From a virus (lineage: Duplodnaviria; Heunggongvirae; Uroviricota; Caudoviricetes): a DNA stretch of 64,000 nt. Location: the IMG/VR virus record IMGVR_UViG_3300010396_000003, positions 64,001 to 128,000 of that record. The stretch is one strand, 5' to 3'. The notes under the pieces were generated by a model. It had not been told where the DNA came from. It saw only the letters and a program-made list of their open reading frames with translations, and did no database searches. Below, piece by piece: positions 24,643 through 34,845 of this stretch; positions within the stretch are counted from its first letter, which is position 1, and each line of letters opens with the position of its first letter. The position numbers and the translations under genes were made by a program.

Positions 24643-25347
24643 TTAAAGAACATAACCACAATCCTTGAAAATGGCTTCGATAGCGTCAGCACGCACGAAT
24701 GATCCGTAATTCAACATGAACTTTTTGCAATCCTCTGGAGACATTCCGATAATCGTGGTGCGCGGCAGCGCCTTGATCTGTGCTAGGGCTTGCTCTAAAA
24801 CGGACCGCTTCTTTGATTCGCTTTTTAACCAGTTACTGGCGATTGCCGCTACAGAGTGCATTGAATGTACACCTGCAATTAAGGCAGCAAGCGAGTATCC
24901 CGGTTCTAGTGGAGCGTCATTGTCAAACCAATCAGGAACTTCAACAATCTTCACCTTTTTACCGAACTTCATCGCCTGTGCTTCCAATGAAGCCCGTATT
25001 TCCTCAAAGTTATCGTGCCGATGTGGTGTGGATTCTCCACAGTAAGGGCAGCGTTGCGTGCCACTTTCGAGGGCTTGCTCCAGTGCGACAATTCTCTGGA
25101 TTGCGATAGTCAGTCTCTTCTCTAGAGGCAACATGGAGATTGGCGCATCGGCCCACTGAGCTATCTTCTCTGCATCGCTCAGCGGCGTCTTCTCTTGCTG
25201 ATAGGGCTTGTCTATCAAGGATTTTTCGTACACAAATACCTCTTGCGCAGAATCAAACAGCTTGCCGTCTTTGGCAACGAATTTTCCGTCGTAAACACCT
25301 TCCGATTCCCAAATATAGGGATCATGTGGATTGCGCAGATAGGTCAC
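24643..25347 (-). CDS. Hypothetical protein
   Basis: ORF track 234 aa; coupled. Confidence 0.7.
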   Translation of the reverse strand: MTYLRNPHDPYIWESEGVYDGKFVAKDGKLFDSAQEVFVYEKSLIDKPYQQEKTPLSDAEKIAQWADAPISMLPLEKRLTIAIQRIVALEQALESGTQRCPYCGESTPHRHDNFEEIRASLEAQAMKFGKKVKIVEVPDWFDNDAPLEPGYSLAALIAGVHSMHSVAAIASNWLKSESKKRSVLEQALAQIKALPRTTIIGMSPEDCKKFMLNYGSFVRADAIEAIFKDCGYVL

Positions 25348-25535
25348 GATCTGGCGTCTCCCTTCTCGCGCTTGGTCAGTGGGCGCAAATCTCGTTCATC
25401 AAATCCAACAGAATTGGAATCGAACCAGTAATACCAAACGCCTCCCTGCTCGTCGCGGTGGTCTATTTGTATAAGAACACCAGAAGCGCGGACTCGCACT
25501 ACCTGCCCCACACGAAATTTCGGCTTGCGCTTCAC
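25344..25535 (-). CDS. Small hypothetical protein
   Basis: KFRVGQVVRV; coupled. Confidence 0.65.
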   Translation of the reverse strand: MKRKPKFRVGQVVRVRASGVLIQIDHRDEQGGVWYYWFDSNSVGFDERDLRPLTKREKGDARS

Positions 25536-25906
25536 TGCGCATCCTTTGGCTCGTGTTTGATCTTAGCCATCGCAATAATTCCCTTTAGGTCGGAGGAGAG
25601 TTTAGGAAATTCCTTTTCACAGGCGACTGCGTAAGCCTCTAGCGCAGGAATTGAAAATTGGTCGTGGTCTACGTCCAACACGAAATAAAAGCAGTTGGAG
25701 TGCTTGCCTGTAGGATCATGGCGAGTGATTTGGAATTTTCTATACAGTCCTAAATCCTTATCATGGCCGCTGCGCATCTTCATCCCCCTTTGGCTCGCGT
25801 GCGGCGAGTGCGCGCTCAATCTCGGCGATCCGATCCCATATTTTTGGAGCATCACATACGTCTGTAAAATCGTTCTCGTGAAAGTGAGTCCACACCTTAA
25901 TGTCAC
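25532..25906 (-). CDS. Hypothetical phage protein
   Basis: GLYRKF...YFVLD...ALEAYA; likely start MRSGHDK. Confidence 0.65.
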   Translation of the reverse strand: MTLRCGLTFTRTILQTYVMLQKYGIGSPRLSAHSPHASQRGMKMRSGHDKDLGLYRKFQITRHDPTGKHSNCFYFVLDVDHDQFSIPALEAYAVACEKEFPKLSSDLKGIIAMAKIKHEPKDAQ

Positions 25907-26375
25907 GCCTCTCGTCGTGCGCTAAATCAGGATCAGAGTCTTCGCAGCATGCGCAATAAATTTTTGCCGCATCGCGTAGCCCTCTGCGCTCTGCCGCTGC
26001 GATGGCCTCTTGGAAGGCTGTGCCGACTGGGATACGGAGGATTCTTTCTTTAATCTCAGGCTGCCATGCAAAACCATCTACGTTTGTACACCGATCCCGC
26101 ATCGCGCCTTCTCCTTCAGCGCGTGCGGTCTGAAGCAAACGGTCTACTTCATTTTTAATTTCGATATCGCCGCCAACTTTAGGAAACTCCCGCAGGGAAT
26201 ATCGAATCTCATCTAACATCCAATTCGCTCCGGCATGGTGTGCGGTCTGCTGGAGGCGGGTGAGGATGGGTATAAGGTTCTTAACAATTCTGGCAGTTGT
26301 CCACTCATCCGCGAGCGCATCACCAATTACGCCAACTATCTCCCGCGCCGTAGCTTCGAGTGATTGGTCGGTCAT
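25761..26375 (-). CDS. Hypothetical protein
   Basis: ORF track. Confidence 0.6.
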   Translation of the reverse strand: MTDQSLEATAREIVGVIGDALADEWTTARIVKNLIPILTRLQQTAHHAGANWMLDEIRYSLREFPKVGGDIEIKNEVDRLLQTARAEGEGAMRDRCTNVDGFAWQPEIKERILRIPVGTAFQEAIAAAERRGLRDAAKIYCACCEDSDPDLAHDERRDIKVWTHFHENDFTDVCDAPKIWDRIAEIERALAAREPKGDEDAQRP

Positions 26376-26623
26376 GGTCTTACTCCCGCAAGAATAAAAG
26401 CGAGCACAAGCAATACCAGACCGGCAATTAAAACCAAATCGTGCCAGTCAAGGTTTCGTAATCTCATTACTGGCTCCTCCCGCTCTAATTCCAATGAGCG
26501 TTTCCGATTAAATAAGCAAATAGCGACAGTACAACAACGACAAATACTGCGCTCGTAATAAACGGATGATTTAGCGGAAAATAGACAGTTCTAATCGTCC
26601 ACTCGAACAACATTGGGTGATTC

Positions 26624-27220
26624 TCAAACATGGCTCCCTCCCGCTTGTCGCTCTAGCTCGGCGATGTGCTGACAACCAAGACAATCTCTCGGCTGGACCA
26701 GCCGATGCGCATCCGGGCAATGCCACCACTTTGCTTCCTCCAGCCTCTCGGCAGCGACGAATGTGCGGATGGCGGGCATCAATGCTCTTGCGGTATATCT
26801 TGCGAATCTTTTCCCGTGCGGGATTTCGGAGATTCGCTCTTCTATCTCCCGCTCCAACTCCTCCAGCGAGTGCGGGACAGCGTGTTGGGTAGCCTCCAGC
26901 TTCTCTTCCAGGTCGTTTATTCGGCTGAGTAGACATGCTGGACAGCCGCCGATTTCATCTACTACCCATCCCTGTGGCCCTCCAGTTTCATGGCCGATTT
27001 CTTCTAAAGACTGATTGCCGCATTTTTCGCATTTATGCTGTAGCTGCTTCGCTTCGTCGCGGGAGGCGGAGAGTTGCTGCATAAGAGCGAACAAAATTTG
27101 GTGGTTATGTCCCCAGGAGCGTTTACAAGTGCATTCCGCACGAGGAAACGGACAGTTGATAACTGGCTTCCACTGAAAAGCCTCTATGTAATTCTCTAAA
27201 TCTGTTTGTGTGTCTGCCAT
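26624..27220 (-). CDS. Hypothetical protein with Cys motifs
   Basis: ORF track. Confidence 0.7.
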   Translation of the reverse strand: MADTQTDLENYIEAFQWKPVINCPFPRAECTCKRSWGHNHQILFALMQQLSASRDEAKQLQHKCEKCGNQSLEEIGHETGGPQGWVVDEIGGCPACLLSRINDLEEKLEATQHAVPHSLEELEREIEERISEIPHGKRFARYTARALMPAIRTFVAAERLEEAKWWHCPDAHRLVQPRDCLGCQHIAELERQAGGSHV

Positions 27221-27221
27221 A

Positions 27222-27650
27222 TTAATTTCCCGCCAGCGCTTCTAATAGCGCGTGGATTTTCTGGCTACAAAACGCGGCATGTTGTTCCGTTGGACTGGGA
27301 TAAGGAGCATTACAAGAACATTCATCCGGAACAAATGAAGCCGCCAGCTTTAGAATTGTTTTGTGTTTTTGATATGGCACGCAACCAAAAATAAATTCAG
27401 GCAGATCGAATTTACACATAAAATCAACCGCTAGGTTGCGCTGTTTAAATTTACAATTACAAGTATCGTCGCAGGGACACTCTTCGTCATGATCGCCGGC
27501 GTGATCGACAACATATTCCCGGAGCAACGATTGCGCCGAAAGAAACCGACAGAATTGTTCTTTGTTTAATTGAGTGCTGGCGTCGATAATAGCGCGCACC
27601 GCTTCGGATCCGCCGATTACATCCGAGAATGAATCGATAGTATCGGTCAT
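27222..27650 (-). CDS. Hypothetical protein
   Basis: ORF track. Confidence 0.7.
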   Translation of the reverse strand: MTDTIDSFSDVIGGSEAVRAIIDASTQLNKEQFCRFLSAQSLLREYVVDHAGDHDEECPCDDTCNCKFKQRNLAVDFMCKFDLPEFIFGCVPYQKHKTILKLAASFVPDECSCNAPYPSPTEQHAAFCSQKIHALLEALAGN

Positions 27651-27664
27651 CGAGGTCCTTTCGT

Positions 27665-27991
27665 TTATTTACAGCCTTGTCCGGTGGTGAGTGCGATTGA
27701 ATCGTCATGTTCGTTTGGGATGATACCGACATAAATCGCGCAAGTTCCGTCCTGAACTTTATAGAGTTTGGCAGTACCCGTATTCCACCCCGAGCCAAAC
27801 CCGTAGGATCCGGTCGACTGGCTCCAGATCTCCCAGGAACGGTTTTGTTGTGCATATGTCTTTGCTATACCGCTAAACAGCAGTATTGCGACCAAAACAC
27901 CGAAGATTACACCGATTTTCATTCTTTCCTCCAATAATGTAGGCGAATACCGCTGCGTCCATCGGGAACTTCGCCCATTCCCTCGAGACAA
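27665..27991 (-). CDS. Small secreted protein
   Basis: Signal-like MKIGVIFGVLVAILLFSGIAKTYAQ; real start internal. Confidence 0.6.
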   Translation of the reverse strand: MSRGNGRSSRWTQRYSPTLLEERMKIGVIFGVLVAILLFSGIAKTYAQQNRSWEIWSQSTGSYGFGSGWNTGTAKLYKVQDGTCAIYVGIIPNEHDDSIALTTGQGCK

Positions 27992-28108
27992 GCATCGAAA
28001 ATCTTTTGATGCTGGTCACAATAAACGACCGTTTCCACTTCGTCTTCGATACAGCGATCGTTACATTCGATCATTGCCGGACAATGCTCCGGCGCCAGAT
28101 TGGCATAA

Positions 28109-28879
28109 CTACATCGATGCAGGTGCGTCATTCCGCCTCGACAGATATTCGTGTAACTGCTTCTTTTGTTCGGTTTGCCGGCGTGCCAATTCTTCGTCGG
28201 TCGGCGGAACATAGGGTTCCTCGGAAAAAGCATGTACGTTTCGGAAAGATTTAAGATTCGCTTCCAGTTTCTGGGATTCAGGCTGAGGCAATGCCTTCTT
28301 TTCCGCGGTCGACTCGACCAAAACCTTGATTTCCGCGGGCACACCCAATATCGGATGAGTCTCGGTGAGCTCGATATCCCGTAAATAGGCTTCGATGAAT
28401 CGTTTCTTCGCCCACACAAGCTGGTCGCCGGTCATTTGGGAAATGTTATGAACCCCACCGGCCGAGGCTGCCGATCGAAAAACATGCTCTGTTAGTTTTG
28501 GTCCGCGCCAGCCAATATCCGGATGATAGTGTTTATGAATGGACGTCAACAGCGCTTGCCAAGCTTGATCGGCTTCTTCGGTAAGCTGAATCTCTTTCGC
28601 TTGGTCGATAAGATCCAGAAAGTGAGCCGGCAAGGGAAACGGTACTTGCGCGCTGGGAATAAATTTCTTAGCCAGCCTATTAAAGGTCGGGCTTAATTGC
28701 TCGTCGGGAATATCGTGCAAAAGCCTCACCCAAAGGCTAAAAATCCGCTCGTTAATCTTGAATTTATAAAGGTCACCCAGTATTACCAGGCTTTCTTTTA
28801 TTTTTAAGTCCCGCGGCGGTGAGGTTTGCGTCCGTGATGTCGTCATACTCTTCTTGCGAGAATCCATTCCGTCCTCCAT
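28109..28879 (-). CDS. Replication-associated protein (loader/inhibitor-like)
   Basis: Follows the initiator; LWVRLLHDIPDE...FP.PAHF, EADQAW; real start probably internal. Confidence 0.55.
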   Translation of the reverse strand: MEDGMDSRKKSMTTSRTQTSPPRDLKIKESLVILGDLYKFKINERIFSLWVRLLHDIPDEQLSPTFNRLAKKFIPSAQVPFPLPAHFLDLIDQAKEIQLTEEADQAWQALLTSIHKHYHPDIGWRGPKLTEHVFRSAASAGGVHNISQMTGDQLVWAKKRFIEAYLRDIELTETHPILGVPAEIKVLVESTAEKKALPQPESQKLEANLKSFRNVHAFSEEPYVPPTDEELARRQTEQKKQLHEYLSRRNDAPASM

Positions 28880-29483
28880 TCCTGTTTCCGTTTAAATTCA
28901 CCTTATAGCGGCTCAGCCAGCTATTGGCGAAACGTCCATAATTGCGATACGTCCGCTGATTCGAAACCAGCCACGCGTCCATCTTTTTATATTCAGCATC
29001 CAAGTCCAGACCTTGATAGGCCTGTTTCAAAGACTCATGAACACTGGCCGTAATCTCGAGCCGTTGCCCTTTAAAATAGATTGGCTGGGGAAGGAGTTCC
29101 TGTTGGCGGTACTTTTTGGTGCGTTGGTATTCCGATTGGTATTTGTCCCAGTTTAAAATCGTGATTTTGTAGAGAGGAATAGGTGCTTTGTGTGTGATCT
29201 CGACTAAAATCTTGTCTGCTTTCCGGAAAAGTTCAAAGGTTTCCAGAACGTCAATCTCACCTTTTGCGTCATATGCCTCGTAGATTTTTAGCGGATAACC
29301 GACAAATGTATCGCCATCCTTGCCGGCTACCACCACCCCCGGGAACCGCGATCGGGCCGCCATTGCCATCAGATCAACCCAAAACGCTCGCTGCGCTCCC
29401 GACATCGTGTGACGCGTTGTGCCCGTTAACCACTCTTCCGCAAATAACTTAAGCCAAGTTCTTCTACCGAGTTTAGGATTCAA
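28773..29483 (-). CDS. Phage replication initiator / replisome organiser-like protein
   Basis: WLKLFAEEWL...AFWVDLMAMA, ILNWDKYQ, F.NSWL at the C-terminus. Confidence 0.65.
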   Translation of the reverse strand: MNPKLGRRTWLKLFAEEWLTGTTRHTMSGAQRAFWVDLMAMAARSRFPGVVVAGKDGDTFVGYPLKIYEAYDAKGEIDVLETFELFRKADKILVEITHKAPIPLYKITILNWDKYQSEYQRTKKYRQQELLPQPIYFKGQRLEITASVHESLKQAYQGLDLDAEYKKMDAWLVSNQRTYRNYGRFANSWLSRYKVNLNGNRNGGRNGFSQEEYDDITDANLTAAGLKNKRKPGNTG

Positions 29484-29647
29484 GAGGAGTTTACTCCGGT
29501 GACCACCTTACAGGAACGAGCCGAAACTCTATACGTAGTTTTTTGTAGTTTCAAGGCAAATTTTCGTGTTTTTTTCGTACCATATGTCATTGAGATGCCC
29601 TTAATCCACACCTTTTACACACCAATATTCAGTGCTTTGTACGTATT

Positions 29648-29750
29648 TGCTACAGATAGTGCTACAGATTTGCTACAAATAATGTACGCTCGCGGCTACG
29701 CTTAAGGTAACAAGACAGAAGTAGAAGTAGAAGAGAGAAGTAGAAACAGA
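29648..29750. repeat. Iteron-like repeats and GAAGTA runs; candidate origin
   Basis: TGCTACA(G/A)AT at 29648, 29660, 29671; AGAAGTAGAAGTAGAAGAGAGAAGTAGAA; in about 800 nt of non-coding DNA upstream of the initiator. Confidence 0.45.
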
Positions 29751-30253
29751 GAACTGCTTTTAAAGCTATACGCATTCGAATTAATTAACCTACTTTAATT
29801 GCCTAAGCTGTTCTAAGGAATATACGGTATTCAATCACAAACCAGCCTGTGAGCCGTTCTTCGGACCTGGATCGGGTAAAGTGGCTAAGACCTTACCAAA
29901 ATCGCTCCTGGAGCCTCTAATGACTAAATCTGCCCTAAATCTGCCCTCTTGCCAACCTCCCTGTAATCCCACAATCAAAATCCTCCAACTGAATTAGAAT
30001 GTTTTTATGAATAACTCTCAGTTCTCCGATCAACCTCTCTATGCTCGCCCAGCTCTTCCTAGAACGGATCCATAAAAAATTCTAAATCCTAAACCGAAAC
30101 CGAATTTTTATTTTAAAAACCTAGTACCGCTACCCCGGTAAACCGGGGCGCCACCACTCAAAAGTTTTCGCCGGACCTTCGCCACCCACCGCGGAACCAC
30201 ACCCACCACACCACCACAAGCCACACCACATCACAACCAAATAATTTTTGTGG

Positions 30254-30295
30254 AAAAAAAAAAATCGCGGCCACCGTTGAATTGGTGACCGCGAT
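30254..30295 (-). terminator. Rho-independent terminator
   Basis: ATCGCGGTCACC/GGTGGCCGCGAT stem followed by a T10-11 tract. Confidence 0.85.
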
Positions 30296-30311
30296 TACCG
30301 GAAGGATTTTT

Positions 30312-30524
30312 TTAATTCGGCTTACGGCGAGGCCGCGATGCATCAACAAAAGCGATTACGCGCGTTGCTTGTTCTCTCGCGCGTTCCACTTCGTAATAAC
30401 GCGCCATCGGTGACGTGTGCGCGTCTATAGCGATCACTTCAAATTCAGAAAGCGAATTATCTGCAATGGCGTTTACGGATTCCCGAATCGTTTCCAGCAA
30501 TTTCGTATACGTAGGATTCAACAT
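30312..30524 (-). CDS. Small hypothetical protein
   Basis: ORF track. Confidence 0.6.
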   Translation of the reverse strand: MLNPTYTKLLETIRESVNAIADNSLSEFEVIAIDAHTSPMARYYEVERAREQATRVIAFVDASRPRRKPN

Positions 30525-30596
30525 TGGCGTTACCTTTCAGGACCTGCGGCGCGTTTGCGTTTGGTTCGTGCTACGCATTTTGAACGCGGTTAGAAG

Positions 30597-31196
30597 TTAA
30601 ACGGCAATATAACCAACCTTGCGGTTACGGCGAATCCGGCGACCAGTTAAGCGCCGTTTATGATTCGCGGCGCGTTCTAGTTTATTTAATTCGCGTTCCT
30701 GTTTTGTTTCGGCGCGCAGATGTTCGCGGTATTGTTTGTCGGTTAGAACGTTTGTGTCTGGTACGTCAAAAAATTCGGACAGGAATTTACAAAAAGCGTA
30801 GCTAAATTCTGGCGTTATTTTGTCTGTTGATAGCGTGTGTGTTTCGTGTCCGCCGAAAATTCCAACCGATCGGTCTGACGGAATTTCGACATGGAAGGTT
30901 TCGGTTTGTTGTTTTTGTGTGGCGAGTCTGCGCGTCTTGCGTGGTTTGCGCGTGAAGTATTTAGCCGCGTTGAACGCAAAATCAAAAATGGTTTGGAGTG
31001 TTTCCACGGTGAAGTTTTGTTCCTTATTCGCGGAATTGTCCGACAGGTGTGTTTCGATAAAATTTTCTGCGATGTTGAGGCGAGTGTCTGTTGGTTCCTC
31101 TGTGTCGTTTGTAGGAATAAACGTATCTTCGCTGACATATTGGAGTAAGAACGCGGCGCGTCTCTTTAGAATGCGTGTCTTGTCCGGTCTGCGCAT
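30597..31196 (-). CDS. Basic hypothetical protein
   Basis: ORF track; AAGG RBS. Confidence 0.65.
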   Translation of the reverse strand: MRRPDKTRILKRRAAFLLQYVSEDTFIPTNDTEEPTDTRLNIAENFIETHLSDNSANKEQNFTVETLQTIFDFAFNAAKYFTRKPRKTRRLATQKQQTETFHVEIPSDRSVGIFGGHETHTLSTDKITPEFSYAFCKFLSEFFDVPDTNVLTDKQYREHLRAETKQERELNKLERAANHKRRLTGRRIRRNRKVGYIAV

Positions 31197-31228
31197 CTTG
31201 AATCTTACCTTTCTGCGCGTTCGCGCGG

Positions 31229-31435
31229 TTAGATGTTGCGGTTTAAATACGCGGTTAGCGTTGCCATGAAATAAAATGCTTCGATAAGGAAAAGAGTAGA
31301 AGCGAAATTCTGTATCGCCTTATCGCGGTATAGAAACGCGATGAGGAAAATAAAGAATGTGCAAAGTAGCGCGATTGCGATAGCCGGAAGTGTGGGAACG
31401 AAAAGACTGGCAAGAAGCGAAATTACGGTTTGCAT
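31229..31435 (-). CDS. Small membrane protein
   Basis: Two hydrophobic segments; GAGG RBS. Confidence 0.65.
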   Translation of the reverse strand: MQTVISLLASLFVPTLPAIAIALLCTFFIFLIAFLYRDKAIQNFASTLFLIEAFYFMATLTAYLNRNI

Positions 31436-31464
31436 TGTTGGTGCCTCGCTTTCGATTAGAGTCT

Positions 31465-31504
31465 AAAAAAAAATCGCGCGATACGGGTTAGCGTATCGCG
31501 CGAT
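31465..31504 (-). terminator. Rho-independent terminator
   Basis: CGCGCGATACG/CGTATCGCGCG stem followed by a T tract. Confidence 0.85.
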
Positions 31505-31515
31505 TAGGGAGGCGA

Positions 31516-31782
31516 CTAGGCCGCCTGTAGGTAACGCTGTACGGCGGGCAACGAACGATGTGCGTTGACAAATTGCGTCAAGCGCTTGGTTTGCGCGGCG
31601 CGTTCCTTCGGCGAGCGCTCTTTTTGGAACGTCTTGTTGGTGTGGGCGCGCAGAGCAGCGAAGGTACGGGTTAGGTTTAACTGAGTCTTTGTGAGTGTGG
31701 AGGCGGGTTTCGTTGCTTTCTTGGTTGCTTTCATTGTGTCTCGCTTTCGTTGTGGCGCGTTGTGCTTTGATCGGGCTTGCAC
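31516..31782 (-). CDS. Small basic protein
   Basis: Lys/Thr/Ala-rich; likely start MKATKK; ends YLQAA. Confidence 0.6.
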   Translation of the reverse strand: MQARSKHNAPQRKRDTMKATKKATKPASTLTKTQLNLTRTFAALRAHTNKTFQKERSPKERAAQTKRLTQFVNAHRSLPAVQRYLQAA

Positions 31783-31799
31783 GTTTGCGCTACTAAGAC

Positions 31800-31828
31800 A
31801 TTATGAGGTTAGACGGTAACTTTGTAAA
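31800..31828 (-). promoter_or_regulatory. Sigma70-like promoter
   Basis: TTTACA, 17 nt, CATAAT. Confidence 0.6.
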
Positions 31829-32422
31829 GATAAATCAGCATTCAAATTCCAAATACCTAGACGGTCTGCGCATTAATATTTTCTATCGGACAACATTCGC
31901 TTTTTATTCGCTGTGCTGATAGATGAACAACTTTGAAATCCAAAGCCGTTGCACCTGGTTGCAGCAGTTACCACCTGGCCGGCGTCCAGATCGCCTTACG
32001 TGGCAGCAGTGGGGTACCAAGCTCGGGGTATCAACAAAATCCGCATGGAAAAATTGAACTGGATTTCAACCTAAACAAATCCGCGTCTTCTACTAATTAT
32101 TATGTTGCGTTTATTGATTCCACAGGACTTACCTCGGAAAACGCAGTCGTTTATGCAGAACCGGCGCGTCTAACGGCATTCTGTATAAATATTAGCCGCG
32201 ATTTCCCAGTCACTTAGGCTGATTTTAGCACCCACTTCGGATCTTTCAAAAGGCAAACAGCAATACGCATGTGACACTCAGGACATTCTAAGTGCCAGGC
32301 GAATCCTTGGAAAACTTTTACGCCTTCAAATTCAGGCGACTTCCATTCGCCATCTCTTTTTGCTGGACAGTCTAAATGGATCAGTTGCATGCGCTCACCA
32401 TCGCGCGATGCAAGAACAAATG

Positions 32423-34042
32423 CTACCGAGAAAATATTCGGCCGGAAACTTTTTTGATCGAGGATAATGCTCGCTGTTTTAAATCTGCGAGCTGCGCTTG
32501 ATCACCACACGCGGCGCAGCGATATCCTCCACCGCCAACTGGATGTAAAATATTGCAACCGCATTTTTTGCATCCCGGCGTCTGATCGTTTGTAGCGACC
32601 GCAGCCATATTCTCGCTCGGAATTTTCTCGATGTTTTTTTCGTCAGACAGGGCGGCGGCATTAAAATTTCCTGAACGGTTTATGATCTCATTTGCGGTCA
32701 ATCCCGATTCTTTCATTTGTTTTCCCCATTCAAGTAATCCATATTGCCCACCGCCGGTTAATTCGGTAGCAGCCCAAACGCAGGCGTCATAACGATTTGG
32801 AGATCGTGTAGTACCGGGTACATAGGAGCACCATTCATCCTCGAGTTGAGGCATTTCACCGACGATATGACAACGTTTTTGTTGGAAGAGGACGGCGATA
32901 GGTTCCGCGCGGGCATATTTACCGCGGCTGGCATGAACTTCGCGAACGGGAACATTTTGATCGACGTTATAGATTGTAGATTTACACATATCGCCACCGA
33001 AGTTTGTTTCGACGCTGATGCAATCGGCTTGGCTGGAGTGATACGAGGAGACGGCGGCGGAAGCCCACCCCTCCGGGGTGGAGAGCACGGAATTGTCTTG
33101 GAGGATATAGACATGATCATCTTCACCGAGACCAGCGACGACGATACCGCATTCGGTGGTAGTAGAGCCGCTGGGGTCCACACCGACAACGATACGTTTT
33201 AAGGCTGGAACATCTACTGGGGTAACGCGGGTTTTTTCAATGCTTTTACGGTCGAGTAGTGCGCCTGGTACTTCGTCCATTTCCTGCGCGAGGATTTCTT
33301 GGCGATAGGCCAAAGGGGTCATGTTGGCTTTAGCGAACTCGCGGCCGGCTTCTGAGATATACGGGTTGTCGTACATGGTGTAATGCAAACAGAGCCAGTT
33401 GGGATCGGATTTGCGCTGCTTAAACATTTTCATGGCATGACGTGGATCCTTGGCTTTGCAGACGGCGGACCGATGGAAGGGATCGGGCGGGGTGAAAATG
33501 ATAATCAGGTCGCCGTTCGTATCGATGATGAGGGGGTAGCCGCACTTATCCAAAGTGTCTTCATTCATCATGCTAAATTCTTCAAGGATCAACAGGTCGG
33601 CGCGATCACCGCGGAGGGTATCCGCGTTGAACGCGGTTTTGCACTTGATGCGTTGCGACCGCTGTTCGGTAGGATCGATATCCGGGGTACGCAATTCGAT
33701 GAGATGGTCATTGGCGCCGTCCAGGATATAGAACAGGCTTTTATAGCGTTCATCCGTAAAAAGATTGTGCAAAGCCTTTTTGACTTCTGACCAAAACGAA
33801 TCGATTTGTTCGGCGGTAGGAGCGGCATATAAGACGCGCTTACCATCGAGGAATGCAAGAACAGCTTGAATAGCGACACCGGCAGTTTTGCCGGAACGTC
33901 GGCCGGCGAGGATCATACGAAACTTTTTTTCGCATAGACCGTAAGGGTCATAGCGTTTATCGATAAAGAGTTTTTGCTTGTCGTGGGGTTCCGGCAGAAT
34001 AATTTCGCAATCGATTTTTACGCGGTAGACGTCATCAGCCAT
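32423..34042 (-). CDS. terL: Terminase large subunit with C-terminal zinc-ribbon extension
   Basis: AGRRSGKT Walker A, LLILEEF Walker B, VVGVDPSG, VETNFGG, SPNRYDA; CKKC...CAAC tail. Confidence 0.95.
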   Translation of the reverse strand: MADDVYRVKIDCEIILPEPHDKQKLFIDKRYDPYGLCEKKFRMILAGRRSGKTAGVAIQAVLAFLDGKRVLYAAPTAEQIDSFWSEVKKALHNLFTDERYKSLFYILDGANDHLIELRTPDIDPTEQRSQRIKCKTAFNADTLRGDRADLLILEEFSMMNEDTLDKCGYPLIIDTNGDLIIIFTPPDPFHRSAVCKAKDPRHAMKMFKQRKSDPNWLCLHYTMYDNPYISEAGREFAKANMTPLAYRQEILAQEMDEVPGALLDRKSIEKTRVTPVDVPALKRIVVGVDPSGSTTTECGIVVAGLGEDDHVYILQDNSVLSTPEGWASAAVSSYHSSQADCISVETNFGGDMCKSTIYNVDQNVPVREVHASRGKYARAEPIAVLFQQKRCHIVGEMPQLEDEWCSYVPGTTRSPNRYDACVWAATELTGGGQYGLLEWGKQMKESGLTANEIINRSGNFNAAALSDEKNIEKIPSENMAAVATNDQTPGCKKCGCNILHPVGGGGYRCAACGDQAQLADLKQRALSSIKKVSGRIFSR

Positions 34043-34532
34043 CTTTTTTTTCTTCGTCTACAACCATAATCGGTTGAGCTTGCGAAGCCTCTTGAATTTG
34101 TCCTAATGCATCGCCGATGGTCGCCGGCGGTGCTTCTGGCAATTGGGGAACGTCAATCACCTCGATCGTCTTCATTTCGGGCGGTTTACGCTGAACAAAC
34201 TTCACATTAAAGTCGAACGAAACCTTTTCACCCTGCGATACTTCAAAACGAGCCACAGCTTTTCCTTCAGTAGCTTCGCGGAGCTCTTTAGCGGCAAGGG
34301 TGCCGCGGCTATCGGTCATAATGGCCGCTTTGATTCTCTGTAACGCGATGACTCGAGCCCAGGTAGTGCCAGCGGGAAGGCGCAGTTCACGTAAAATCTG
34401 AGGATGCGCTGGTTCAAGCAAGGCAATACGGTATTCGTCGACCAAGAGACGAGCGGTTTGCGCGCCGACGCCTACGGTACGCGGTTTACCGACAAATGGA
34501 TGTCCTGTTTTAAACGAGCCCTTGGTTGCCAT
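34035..34532 (-). CDS. terS: Probable terminase small subunit
   Basis: Directly upstream of terL; AAKELREATEGKA. Confidence 0.6.
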   Translation of the reverse strand: MATKGSFKTGHPFVGKPRTVGVGAQTARLLVDEYRIALLEPAHPQILRELRLPAGTTWARVIALQRIKAAIMTDSRGTLAAKELREATEGKAVARFEVSQGEKVSFDFNVKFVQRKPPEMKTIEVIDVPQLPEAPPATIGDALGQIQEASQAQPIMVVDEEKKDG

Positions 34533-34752
34533 AGATCTCTCTCATAAGTTTCAACATTTCCGCGCTATTCAAGGCTTTGCGTCTCCAGAAGCGAATGCCT
34601 GGTCGCCTGTGCAGTCCGCGCCGCGGTCTGCCTTTAAGATTTCCACTCTGTCCGGGCTTGAACATTGTGGAGGGGTTGGCGCTCACGCCTTTCTTCCAGT
34701 TCGGGTTGCCGGCAGTTGGATAGCGCTTGTTGTATTTGTATGCCACGGGCAA
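34510..34752 (-). CDS. DUF5681-like small protein
   Basis: FKPGQSGNLKGRP. Confidence 0.55.
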   Translation of the reverse strand: MPVAYKYNKRYPTAGNPNWKKGVSANPSTMFKPGQSGNLKGRPRRGLHRRPGIRFWRRKALNSAEMLKLMREIYGNQGLV

Positions 34753-34845
34753 GCATTAACAAAAAAAACGCACAAACGGAAATAACAGGATATTTTTGCT
34801 TGACTTGTGATACTATCCTGCGCATTCCAAGGACTTATATAGGAA

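Noticed and set aside
31933-32217. Plus-strand TTG-start ORF
   Set aside because: No RBS or recognisable motif, and opposite to the local gene orientation.
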